DNA of 59,948 nt, filler included. It is 7 parts of 7 records of this genome, joined end to end, with 100 filler letters (N's around TTAATTAATTAA, not from the genome) between each part and the next. Parts side by side here need not be neighbours in the genome. Positions count along the whole stretch, not along the records: positions 1 to 5,844 come from SRR31156797_15130; positions 5,945 to 16,083 come from SRR31156797_15137; 5 more parts are not named here. One strand, given 5' to 3'. A program made the position numbers and the translations under genes. Numbering within the stretch: position 1 is the stretch's first letter; every line of letters starts with the position of its first letter. The notes beneath the pieces were generated by a model. The model was not told the origin of the DNA. It did no database searches and saw only the letters and a list, made by a program, of their open reading frames with translations. Of this stretch, positions 1 through 8,988 are shown piece after piece.

Positions 1-354
1 GCAGAAGCCCACCCGGAACTTGCCGAGTGGATGCCGAATCACGAAAAAACCCTGAAACGGGCATTTCGGGCCGTTGGATCGATTTACGCCGATGTTGCCA
101 TTGTACTTGAACGCAAAATCATCCGCTTGATTGACAAAGCCGATGAAAAATGGGCCAAGCCCGGCAACCTGAGTCAAAAAGCCATTCGCGCCATGACTTC
201 CACTTCCGGAATCTCCACTGTTCTCGTTGGTATGCGCAAAAAAAAATATGTCTCGGATGTGCTGACCGCAGCAGATCCTTCCATCGAAAAAGAAAACCGG
301 AACGAATCCTGGCAACGTCTGTCGGAGATGTCCGGGAAGTTGTTTCCGGACTAA
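1..354 (+). CDS. Aldo/keto reductase family protein, C-terminal fragment (5'-truncated)
   Basis: Frame is open from base 1. SQKAIRAMTSTSGISTVLVGMRKKKYVSDVL resembles the AKR C-terminal VLVGMR..xV motif. Confidence 0.55.
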   Translation, partial: AEAHPELAEWMPNHEKTLKRAFRAVGSIYADVAIVLERKIIRLIDKADEKWAKPGNLSQKAIRAMTSTSGISTVLVGMRKKKYVSDVLTAADPSIEKENRNESWQRLSEMSGKLFPD

Positions 355-652
355 GGGCTCGCAAAAAAATAACCCAGGCATTTTCAGCGCCCATTCATCC
401 CGTTCAGCTGCGTTGTGAAAACACGGGATATGCCAGTTATTCCTTTGTTTGGCCTTGGGATGAGCGTATGCTTGATCTCCGTCAATTTGCAAAATTATTT
501 TTCGCGGCTCCTACCCTTTGCCCTCTGATCGAGTTTTTGATACGCTCACAGGGTTCATTCTGCTTTAGCCGTTGCACCGAAACAGTCGTTCCTTCACCAG
601 GCAGCACCACATGGTATTATTCAGGAAAATGTACCTGCACGGGAGACGTTAG

Positions 653-1141
653 ATGAAAACTGAAAAACACATCATTACCATGCTTGTGGAAAACGAACCG
701 GGTGTGACCGCCCGCGTGTCGGGATTGTTTGCCAGCCGAGGGTACAACATCGAGACCATTTGCGGAGCGCCGACGGCCAATCCCGACATGTCCCGTATCA
801 CCATCACCACGAATACCAATCCGGACCAGATCGAGCAGATTATGAAACAGGTACGGCGGTTAATCAATGTGATCAAGGTAAGAGACATGACCGGTGATGA
901 AGCCGTACGGAGGGAGATGGCGATGATCTGCGTCAAAGCCGGAGGAACGGCTCGGTCGGAAATTCAGCGTATCGTCGACAACTTTCGGGCACGCATCGTG
1001 GACACAGGTGCCCACCATTACATCATCGAAGTCACAGGAAGGGTGGAGAAGATTGAAGCACTGTTGCGCCTGCTTACCCCCATGGGTATTAAAAAGGTGG
1101 CTCGGTCGGGGGTCTTGGCTTTGTATCGCGAGGCGGATTAG
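653..1141 (+). CDS. ilvN: Acetolactate synthase small regulatory subunit
   Basis: ACT domain LVENEPGVTARVSGLFASRGYNIETI, REMAMI, and C-terminal VARSGVLAL. GGAG RBS upstream. Confidence 0.93.
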   Translation: MKTEKHIITMLVENEPGVTARVSGLFASRGYNIETICGAPTANPDMSRITITTNTNPDQIEQIMKQVRRLINVIKVRDMTGDEAVRREMAMICVKAGGTARSEIQRIVDNFRARIVDTGAHHYIIEVTGRVEKIEALLRLLTPMGIKKVARSGVLALYREAD

Positions 1142-1164
1142 GATCGATTAATTTTCACGCAGGC

Positions 1165-1200
1165 GCCCCGAGGTAAGGGGCTTCACGGGGTATTTTTTTT
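1165..1200 (+). terminator. Probable intrinsic terminator
   Basis: CCCCG...CGGGG stem followed by TATTTTTTTT, just after ilvN. Confidence 0.6.
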
Positions 1201-1312
1201 ACTATTCAGAGGAAAACAATGGACGCAAACCAGGTGCCAGGCCATATGGCCCTTTGCATACTTATCATTACAGGGCATGGCGACATTCCCATAAAGGAGC
1301 TGAAGGAGCGGG

Positions 1313-4300
1313 GTGAACACGATGACAGATGAAATCGACAAAAAAAAAGTTCGTATCCAAAAGATCAAAAAGTACAGCCTGATTGTTGCCGGATTCTTTC
1401 TGGTCTATGTGATCCTGGGTTTCTGGGTCATTCCGCCACTAGTGAAACCCAGGGTAGAAGAGCAGTTGTCCAACCTGCTCGGCCGTAAGGTCACCATCGA
1501 AAAGATGCAGCTCAATCCCCTCCTTCTCACCTCAACAACATCCAATCTTACGATTTATGAAACGGATGGTGAACCCTTCGCCGGGTTTGAAGAACTCTTC
1601 GCTGATGCCCAGTTGTCATCGATTTTCAGGTGGGCCATGACCGTTCGGGAGATCCGTGTGTTAAAACCTTTCGGGGTGCTGAAAATCTTTCCCGGTAACC
1701 AGCTGAACATCAGTGATATTCTGGCAAAACTGAGCGAACCCAGTGCCGAGCCAAAGGAAAAGGAGGAGGAGAAAGGAGGATTACCGCGCGCCGTGATCGA
1801 ACGTTTTCAGGTTGTAGACGGCAATGTGGCGATCGAGGACCATTTGGTAGAGGAGCCGATCATCGAAATTTTTTCCCCGATCACCTTCGAACTTACCAAT
1901 CTGAGCACCCTCAAGGAGCGGGAGGGCGATTATCAATTTGTGGGTATCGGGCCCTTGGGGGGGGAATTTGAAATGAATGGGAAGATCAGCGTCAATCCCG
2001 CACGGATCCAGGGACGCTTCCTCACAAAAGGAGCTCAACTCAACCATATTTGGGAGCATATCGAAGAACAGGTCTCCTTTCAATTCATAGAAGGTACCGT
2101 CGAACTGTCCGCTGATTACGCCATGACGCTTCTCGACGGACAACTGAAGGCCAAGGTGGAAAATGCCACCTTTGATTTGACCGACTTCAAATTGGTGGAA
2201 AAGGGCAAAGAAGAGGTGCTGATCGCATTGCCCACCTTGTCTGTTCAGGATGTCAGTGCCGATTTGAATACCCAGGAGATCATTGTCGGCCAGGTCCGAA
2301 CGGCCGACGCAGTCATCAAATCATGGTTTTCTGCAGATGGATCCACGGAGCTACAGCGCCTGTTTCAACCCGACATTGAAAAATTGATGGCAATGAAGGC
2401 CTCCTATGCGCCTGAGGCGGATGCGGAGCCCGGCCAACCCTGGTATGCAACACTTCAATCCCTGGAGGTAAAGGACTGGCGCCTGGTTCTTGATGATTTG
2501 ACGGGAGAAGCGCCCCTGCGCGAAACCTTTACCCTGGATTCTTTTACGGTGGAAAATGTGAGTACGAAAAAGGACGCTCAGGGCGACTATTCGTTCAGCG
2601 CGACCGGACCCAGTGGGGGACACTATCAGCTGGGCGGTCAACTGAGTGTCGACCCGGTGTGGACGCAGGGACGTTATTCTGTCTCGGATGTTCAACTGGC
2701 GCATTTTTGGGAACACGTCAAAGCGCATCTGTCTGTTCAGATCTCTAAGGGGGCCACAGGCGCCTCCGGCGACTATACGCTTGCGTTGAACGGAGGGATG
2801 ATCAACGCCCGGTTGGAGAACGGAAAAGTCGAACTCCATCAGTTCGAATTGGTGGAAAAGGGCAAAACCGAGGTCCTGATTTCAATACCGACCTTGACCG
2901 CCGAGGAGATCGGAGGCGATCTGCAAGCCCGAGAAATCCGTGTCGGGAAAGTTCAGACGGCGGACGGGTTAATCAAATCCTGGCTCTCCTCCAATGGAAC
3001 CTTCGAGCTGCAGAATCTTCTTCTCGGAGACCTTGAAAAATTTAAAGCACAGCAGGCCGACGGTGAAACAGAACCCGAGTCGGCTCCTTCTGAACCCTGG
3101 CAGTTGCTGCTCAAGAAAATGGAGGTTGACAATTGGGGCGCTGTTTTTGAAGATCGGACCCTTGCAAAGCCGGCCAAAATGTCTGTTGATCAGCTCAAGG
3201 TGGCGCTGGAAAATTTCTCCAATGAAAAAGAGAGCCAGGGGAAAGTGAATGTCACCATGCAGATCAACCGATCGGGGACCGTCACCGTAAATGGGAGTGC
3301 CGGTATTAATCCAATCCAGGCCGATATGAAGGTGTCCACCACAAAAATCGCATTAAAACCGTTCCAGCCTTATGTCGACGATGCGGTGAAGGCCCAGATT
3401 TATAAGGGATCCACGAGTTCCAGCGGTCGTGTACGCTACCAACAGAAGGATACGGGGAAATCCCAAATTCGATACCAGGGCGAGGTCAGTGTCGACGATG
3501 TCGAGATCCAGGATTCGTCGAATACCAAAGACTTCATCACCCTGGCTCAATTCAAGGCCAGCGGGATCGCGCTGGGCCTCAAACCCAACAAGCTCTACAC
3601 GGCCGATGTCCTCGTCGATCGACCCCACGCCAGGGTGACCATCGACCAGAATGGTATGATCAATGTGGTCAACGCCTTTTCTCCCGCAAAAAAGAACGAG
3701 GAGGGAAAAAAGGGTGCAGAGGAAGAACAAAATTTGTTGCAGCGCCTGGTCAGTTTTTTGATCCTTCAGTTCAAAGGCCCCATGCCCTTGCAGGTGGATC
3801 GGGTTCAACTCGCGAACTTCACAGCAGACTTTGTGGATGCTTCCATTTCTCCCAACTTTAGCACGCATCTCGAAATCAAAGAGGGGAGCTTCAAAGGCCT
3901 CTCCTCCGATCCCTCTGCCAAGGCCGATTTCAAGATGGAGGGCAGCATCGACAAAACGGCCCCGATTCAAGCCAGCGGACAGATGAATCCGATGAATGCG
4001 CTAAAATACAGCCGGGTGAATTTTACAGTAAAGGATTTTCAATTACCACCGACCTCTCCCTACTCGGGCAAGTTTATCGGTTATGAAATTGGCAGGGGAA
4101 GCCTGCACACGAATCTCAAATACAAGGTGCAAGATGATAAGGTGTACGGCGACAACATCATTCGTATCGACCAGTTGGAACTGGGCGAGAGCGTGGACAG
4201 CCCCGATGCCATCAATCTGCCCATCAAGCTCGGTATTGCGCTACTAAAAGACAGCGAAGGACGCATTTCGGTTCAGGTCCCGGTAGAAGGAGATGTCAGA

Positions 4301-4840
4301 GATCCACAATTTGACATCGGGGCTACCATTACGAGTGCCTTGACCGGAACCGTCAAAAATGCCGGTGAAGATCCCTTTTCCACCATCATGGACATCGACG
4401 GATTCACGGGGGATGAACTGCGTGCCATCTCATTCGATTTTGGCTCCTCCGAACCCGAAGAGCGCGAGATCCGGAAAATGCAGGCACTGGCTAAATTCTT
4501 GAAAGAGAGACCGTCCCTGTCCTTGGAGATCCTTGGGACAGCTGATCGGAAAATGGATGCCCTCGGGCTTGCAGGGGAACTGAGCGATCAAGATTCAAAA
4601 GAAGAACCGATTTCACCTGAAGAAGAAGCAAAAAAGAAGGAAAAGGACGCTGCAGTTGTTGAATCGTTCGATGTCGGGAAGTTGGAGCAACTCGCAAAAG
4701 AGCGCTCCGAAATCGTGCGCACCTACCTGGTTGAAAAGGCCATGCTGGATGCCGGGCGAATAGGAGCCAAACCCATCGAGATCAACGACGGGGAAGAATC
4801 TGGAAGCGGCCTTGTAGAAATGTCATTGTCCGCAAAATAG
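1313..4840 (+). CDS. DUF748-domain (AsmA-like) envelope protein with OmpA-like C-terminal region
   Basis: N-terminal TM anchor, repeated beta-rich units, SPYSGKFIGYEIGRG, LPIKLGIALLKD..G.I...VPV.GD..DPQF, and a C-terminal LEQLAKERSEIVRTYL. Confidence 0.85.
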   Translation: MNTMTDEIDKKKVRIQKIKKYSLIVAGFFLVYVILGFWVIPPLVKPRVEEQLSNLLGRKVTIEKMQLNPLLLTSTTSNLTIYETDGEPFAGFEELFADAQLSSIFRWAMTVREIRVLKPFGVLKIFPGNQLNISDILAKLSEPSAEPKEKEEEKGGLPRAVIERFQVVDGNVAIEDHLVEEPIIEIFSPITFELTNLSTLKEREGDYQFVGIGPLGGEFEMNGKISVNPARIQGRFLTKGAQLNHIWEHIEEQVSFQFIEGTVELSADYAMTLLDGQLKAKVENATFDLTDFKLVEKGKEEVLIALPTLSVQDVSADLNTQEIIVGQVRTADAVIKSWFSADGSTELQRLFQPDIEKLMAMKASYAPEADAEPGQPWYATLQSLEVKDWRLVLDDLTGEAPLRETFTLDSFTVENVSTKKDAQGDYSFSATGPSGGHYQLGGQLSVDPVWTQGRYSVSDVQLAHFWEHVKAHLSVQISKGATGASGDYTLALNGGMINARLENGKVELHQFELVEKGKTEVLISIPTLTAEEIGGDLQAREIRVGKVQTADGLIKSWLSSNGTFELQNLLLGDLEKFKAQQADGETEPESAPSEPWQLLLKKMEVDNWGAVFEDRTLAKPAKMSVDQLKVALENFSNEKESQGKVNVTMQINRSGTVTVNGSAGINPIQADMKVSTTKIALKPFQPYVDDAVKAQIYKGSTSSSGRVRYQQKDTGKSQIRYQGEVSVDDVEIQDSSNTKDFITLAQFKASGIALGLKPNKLYTADVLVDRPHARVTIDQNGMINVVNAFSPAKKNEEGKKGAEEEQNLLQRLVSFLILQFKGPMPLQVDRVQLANFTADFVDASISPNFSTHLEIKEGSFKGLSSDPSAKADFKMEGSIDKTAPIQASGQMNPMNALKYSRVNFTVKDFQLPPTSPYSGKFIGYEIGRGSLHTNLKYKVQDDKVYGDNIIRIDQLELGESVDSPDAINLPIKLGIALLKDSEGRISVQVPVEGDVRDPQFDIGATITSALTGTVKNAGEDPFSTIMDIDGFTGDELRAISFDFGSSEPEEREIRKMQALAKFLKERPSLSLEILGTADRKMDALGLAGELSDQDSKEEPISPEEEAKKKEKDAAVVESFDVGKLEQLAKERSEIVRTYLVEKAMLDAGRIGAKPIEINDGEESGSGLVEMSLSAK

Positions 4841-5041
4841 CTTCATTTTTTGGTTATTGCTAAAGTGGTGACCTTAACGGATCCGACCGGGACTGCATCC
4901 GAACGTTACGTCTGTTACCCTGGTACAGAAGTCCTCTCCAAAGCTGAATGGGTACCGGCATGTCGGCGGCACGCCGCAGTCCGGCAGCCACCTGTTGGCT
5001 GGTTGAACTGGTAACGCCAAGCTGGGAGTCGGTGCCCATTT

Positions 5042-5844
5042 ATGAACATAAAAGTTCTCACGATTCTGGGATTCATTTTTATTTTTTCCATCCGGGTGCC
5101 GCAGACTGCGGTTGCCGACTGGGTAAACTTCACCGGCGCCGAAAACGCGCCGAACATTGCCGAAATCCGAATCGGGAAGAACCATGTCAAGCTCGATCTG
5201 GAGATTTTCATCGATGATCTGGTGGCGTTCGACCGCCTGATTCCGACTTCGTTTTTCGAAGGTACGGGCATTGACAGGCCACCGTTGGAGGCGCGACTGA
5301 AGCAGTTCTCGGCGGAAGATTTCCAAATCATCGATGACAAAGGGCGCCATCTGCATGCCCGGTTGCAACTGGCCGAGCCACGGTTTCGCAAAGATCGGCC
5401 CTCCCCCTACGCCGGTAAGCTAAACCCGATTACAAAGCAGCGAATTCCAGGGCCGCCTGAAGACAAACGTGTCCTTTATGTGGAAGTCATTTATCCGTTT
5501 GTTGATAAACCGAAAACGCTAACTTTTGTGCCGCCTCCGGATGAGAAAACAGGTTTTGGAAAAGTATCTTTGGGGTTCATTACCTACCACAAGAGCGTAT
5601 TGATTAACGACTTCCGATATCTTTCCGAGCCGTCCACAATAACCCTCGATTGGGATGACCCGTGGTACTCCCTGTTTGACAAAAAGGTCCTCAAACGTTG
5701 GCAGCGCGGCGGCGTCATGTCTTTTCTTTATGTCGAGCCTTTTGAGGTGCGCCATGAAATTCTGGCCCGTGTGAAGGATCTGTCGGCCTGGATGGATTTG
5801 GGCCTGCGCGGGGAGGCGTTTGTCGAAGCCGATGAAAATGAGGC
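5042..5844 (+). CDS. Exported hypothetical protein, 3'-truncated (possibly the N-terminal part of a large HupE/UreJ-associated protein)
   Basis: Signal peptide ending AVA-D. ORF runs into the linker. Family call is tentative. Confidence 0.55.
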
Positions 5845-5943
5845 NNNNNNNNNNNNNNNNNNNNNNNNNNNNNNNNNNNNNNNNNNNNTTAATTAATTAA
5901 NNNNNNNNNNNNNNNNNNNNNNNNNNNNNNNNNNNNNNNNNNN
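5845..5943. other. Artificial contig linker
   Basis: N-run + TTAATTAATTAA + N-run. Confidence 0.99.
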
Positions 5944-5945
5944 NG

Positions 5946-5972
5946 CCGTAGGTTCGAGTCCTACCCCTGCTA
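5946..5972 (+). tRNA. tRNA 3' fragment (T-arm and acceptor strand); isotype undetermined
   Basis: GTAGG-TTCGAGT-CCTAC T-arm followed by CCCTGCT-A. Anticodon arm is missing at the contig edge. Confidence 0.75.
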
Positions 5973-5980
5973 AAGATACA

Positions 5981-6012
5981 CAGGATCGCAGAAATGCGAT
6001 CCTGTTTTGTTT
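5981..6012 (+). terminator. Intrinsic terminator after the tRNA
   Basis: Perfect stem CAGGATCGCA-GAAA-TGCGATCCTG followed by TTTTGTTT. Confidence 0.85.
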
Positions 6013-6031
6013 ATAAGCTAAAAGCTGTAAG

Positions 6032-7018
6032 ATGCAGAGACCCATGTACAAGCAAATCGACGATAATCTATTTGAGATCCACACGCCCATGCTGGATGAT
6101 CCCAGGATCACCGTGAAATCCTTTGTCATCAGAGATGAAAAACATCCCCTGATCATCGATACGGGTTATAACGATCCCGAGAGCCGCAGGCTTTTCCTGA
6201 ACGCCCTGAGGGAGCTGGAGATAGACCTCTCCCGGGCCCGTCTGGTGCTGACCCATCTCCATCCGGACCATACCGGACTGGCCGTCGACCTTGAAAGAGA
6301 GGGCTGCTCCGTCTACTACGGCAGGAAGGAGAGCCGCTATTTCGAGCGTCTGAACAGCCCGGGCTACGGCAGATTTGTGGAACTCAAATACAGGATGTAC
6401 GGTCTCCAGTGGGACACGGTCGCCCCCGCCGATTATCCGAGCCTGAAGTACAGAACGGCGAACGACTTCTCCTATCGGACAATCAATCCCGGCGAGAGCC
6501 TTGACGCCGATGGAGACAGCCTGGAGATCATCGCCCTGCCCGGCCATACCCCCGGTCACATCGGACTCTACGACGGGAAGAGGAAGCGCCTTTTCAGCGG
6601 CGACCATGTCCTGGAGAGGATCACCCCCAACGTGGACTACTGGGACTCGGATTTCAAGGTGATCAGAAGCTACAGGAAGAGCCTGAGGGCCGTGATGGAG
6701 CTCAATCCCTCCCTCACCCTGACCGCCCACGGCGATAACCTGAAGGAGCTCGGAGGACCGGCGCAGACCATACTGGACAGGCAGGACGCGCGCATCGCCG
6801 AGATCATGCAGCTGGTGCGCGGCGGACATGAGACGGTCCGCGCCATCGCCTCCCATATGGGCTGGACCAGAAAGTTCGACGGCTGGGACGGCTTCCCGGC
6901 CAAGCACAAATGGATGGCCTGCAATCAGATCATGGCCTTTGTCAGCTATATGAGCGAGAGAAAGCTCCTGCGCAAGGAGATGAGGAAGGGAGTGCTTTTC
7001 TTCAGTCCCGATGAGTAA
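6032..7018 (+). CDS. MBL-fold metallo-hydrolase
   Basis: THLHPDH (HxHxDH), PGHTPGH, LFSGDHVL, and a C-terminal winged-helix-like tail. Confidence 0.9.
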   Translation: MQRPMYKQIDDNLFEIHTPMLDDPRITVKSFVIRDEKHPLIIDTGYNDPESRRLFLNALRELEIDLSRARLVLTHLHPDHTGLAVDLEREGCSVYYGRKESRYFERLNSPGYGRFVELKYRMYGLQWDTVAPADYPSLKYRTANDFSYRTINPGESLDADGDSLEIIALPGHTPGHIGLYDGKRKRLFSGDHVLERITPNVDYWDSDFKVIRSYRKSLRAVMELNPSLTLTAHGDNLKELGGPAQTILDRQDARIAEIMQLVRGGHETVRAIASHMGWTRKFDGWDGFPAKHKWMACNQIMAFVSYMSERKLLRKEMRKGVLFFSPDE

Positions 7019-7045
7019 GGAAGGACAGGGGGGGCTACCCCTTCC

Positions 7046-7738
7046 TTATTCGGCCCTGCGGTTTTTCAGATTGTAGCGCTGCTCCACCAGCCTGTGCAGC
7101 CAGGAGGACAACGGGGGGAAGACCTTTGCCACCTCCCCCCGCCGGGGGATCATAAAGAAGTGGGCCTGGTCGGGCATCAGGGCGATATGCCTTATGACTC
7201 CGGGATCTTCCAGCTGCCCGATCACCCCGATCAGCTCCTTTTTCACATCCTCCCTCTCATAGTAGAGCCGGTAGCGGTAGTTGCCCCAGTCCAGTGTTTC
7301 CTGTTTCAGTTTGTCGGCATGACTGATCTTCGGTCCCCGGAAGGCGGAGAACTTCTCCTCGATGAGATGGCCCTCCCCCATAAGGTTCTCCGCCTTTTTG
7401 GAGTAGATCATGGTGACGAACAGACGGTCGAAGCGGCGGATCATCCTGGAAAAGGGATAGTAGAGCCATGACTGCCGGGGCAGGAGGGTTATGGTCGCCT
7501 CCACATGATGGATGAAGCGGTTCTTGTGGGGGACCATATGGGCATGATAACCCGTCAGGCCGCCGATGTTGGTGAAGCGCTGACCCTTGGGCTTCAGGGC
7601 CTCGACCAAAGCGTTGAAGGCGCTCAGGTATATCTTGTTGTTACGCCTTCTTCCCCAGGTATATCCGAGGGACAGGAGTACGGTGGCGGCGATGAAGAGA
7701 TAAAACAGGGGCTGCTGTGCGATATCGGAGTTCTGCAT
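7046..7738 (-). CDS. N-terminally membrane-anchored hypothetical protein, CCDC47/DUF1682-like
   Basis: One TM helix followed by YTWGRRRNNKI, then TITLLPRQSWL...MIRRFDRLFVTM. Starts 10 nt after the ArsA stop. The homology is a visual inference. Confidence 0.6.
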   Translation of the reverse strand: MQNSDIAQQPLFYLFIAATVLLSLGYTWGRRRNNKIYLSAFNALVEALKPKGQRFTNIGGLTGYHAHMVPHKNRFIHHVEATITLLPRQSWLYYPFSRMIRRFDRLFVTMIYSKKAENLMGEGHLIEEKFSAFRGPKISHADKLKQETLDWGNYRYRLYYEREDVKKELIGVIGQLEDPGVIRHIALMPDQAHFFMIPRRGEVAKVFPPLSSWLHRLVEQRYNLKNRRAE

Positions 7739-7748
7739 GCAATGTTCC

Positions 7749-8669
7749 TTACAGATTCTGGGTTAAGTCGCTGTCCATAATATAACAGGTCGGTTCCTCA
7801 TGGTCGATGACGGGAACCCTCTGCAGGGCGATCCCCCTATGGCCGGCCAGCAGCTCCTTCTCAACCGTTCCGGCGGTCTCTTCGTTCTGTAGGCTGACCT
7901 TGTTGTCGAAGACCACGCGCAGGGGCAGGTCCAGTTCCAGGATTCCCTCGAAGAGCCTCTGAGACTCCCTCAGGCTCAGGCGGTCCGGATTGAACACGAC
8001 GGCGATTCTGTTCTCATCGCTCTGTAGCAGCTCTCTGACCTGCTCGTAACGGGAGCGCATCTCGATCAGCTTCTTCATCACAGGATCGTCCTTTTCCAGA
8101 TAGGGGACGGTGAACTGCTCTTCGTCGAATTTACCGGTGATATTGTGAACAGTATGACGCTTGTCCAGGATCTCCCGCCTTATGGCCGAAAGCCGGTCGA
8201 TCCAGCTGACCGTGATGGAGGGAAGGGCCAGGATCCTCAGGGTCAGGCCCGTCGGAGGGGTATCGAAGACGATGTAGTCGAAGCTATCCCGCTCCCTGCG
8301 GAGAATGGTCTCCATGCTGGTCAGAGCCGCGTACTCCTCCACTCCGGGAGAGTACTTGAGCACCTTGAAGTAGCGGTCCATATTGAAAGCCCTGGTATAG
8401 CTGTAGACCTCCTGCATCAGATCCATGCTGTGGTCCAGATACTCCTGGGCGGATTTTTCAAGATCCGTTTCCTGAAGATAGAGATTCGTTTTCTGAAATC
8501 GTTTTTTCTTGTGTCCCAGTTTGACATGGAAGATATCGCCCAGATTATGGGCGGGATCGAAGGAGACGGCGAGGACCCGCATCCCCTTCTCCGCCAGCTG
8601 CCAGGCGACGGCCGCGCTCAGGGTGGACTTTCCCACGCCCCCTTTACCGGTAAAAAAAAGTGTCTTCAT
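7749..8669 (-). CDS. ArsA/Get3-family ATPase, single domain
   Basis: Deviant Walker A GKGGVGKS, switch I SFDPAHNLGD, PGVEE, switch II DTPPTG. Confidence 0.92.
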   Translation of the reverse strand: MKTLFFTGKGGVGKSTLSAAVAWQLAEKGMRVLAVSFDPAHNLGDIFHVKLGHKKKRFQKTNLYLQETDLEKSAQEYLDHSMDLMQEVYSYTRAFNMDRYFKVLKYSPGVEEYAALTSMETILRRERDSFDYIVFDTPPTGLTLRILALPSITVSWIDRLSAIRREILDKRHTVHNITGKFDEEQFTVPYLEKDDPVMKKLIEMRSRYEQVRELLQSDENRIAVVFNPDRLSLRESQRLFEGILELDLPLRVVFDNKVSLQNEETAGTVEKELLAGHRGIALQRVPVIDHEEPTCYIMDSDLTQNL

Positions 8670-8680
8670 AGTACTCCGCT

Positions 8681-8986
8681 TCAGTCGACATCGAGGATGG
8701 AGATGATTTCCGCAAAGGAATCGGAAGCCCGCATGGCCCGGGAATTGAGAACCCTGATCTCATGCTCCAGATGGGGAAGCAGCTCCGCCGATATAAAGGA
8801 CGGCGGAGAGGGCATTCCGGAAAAGGAGCCCATCAGAAGCAGGACGAAGAGGTTTTCCAGTTCCCTTATCTCGAACTCGGTCACATCCGTGACCTGCTTC
8901 CGGTGGCTCTCATCCAGGGTGGAGAAAAAAGCCTTCAGTCCCTTTAGCAGTTTCGGCCCGTCAGGCCTTTTTTCTCCGTCGGCCAT
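8681..8986 (-). CDS. Small (101 aa) CstA-associated protein
   Basis: ATG at 8986, 2 nt after the cstA stop. Core ELENLFVLLLMGSFSGMPSPP...ELLPHL. The longer track ORF overlaps cstA and is unlikely. Confidence 0.8.
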   Translation of the reverse strand: MADGEKRPDGPKLLKGLKAFFSTLDESHRKQVTDVTEFEIRELENLFVLLLMGSFSGMPSPPSFISAELLPHLEHEIRVLNSRAMRASDSFAEIISILDVD

Positions 8987-8988
8987 GA

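Noticed and set aside
7749-8669. arsA as an arsenic resistance gene
   Set aside because: Single domain, no metalloid-binding Cys cluster, no ars genes nearby.
8681-8986. 101-aa protein as an Asterix (PAT complex) homolog
   Set aside because: Similar size only. It has one hydrophobic stretch and no recognisable sequence similarity.
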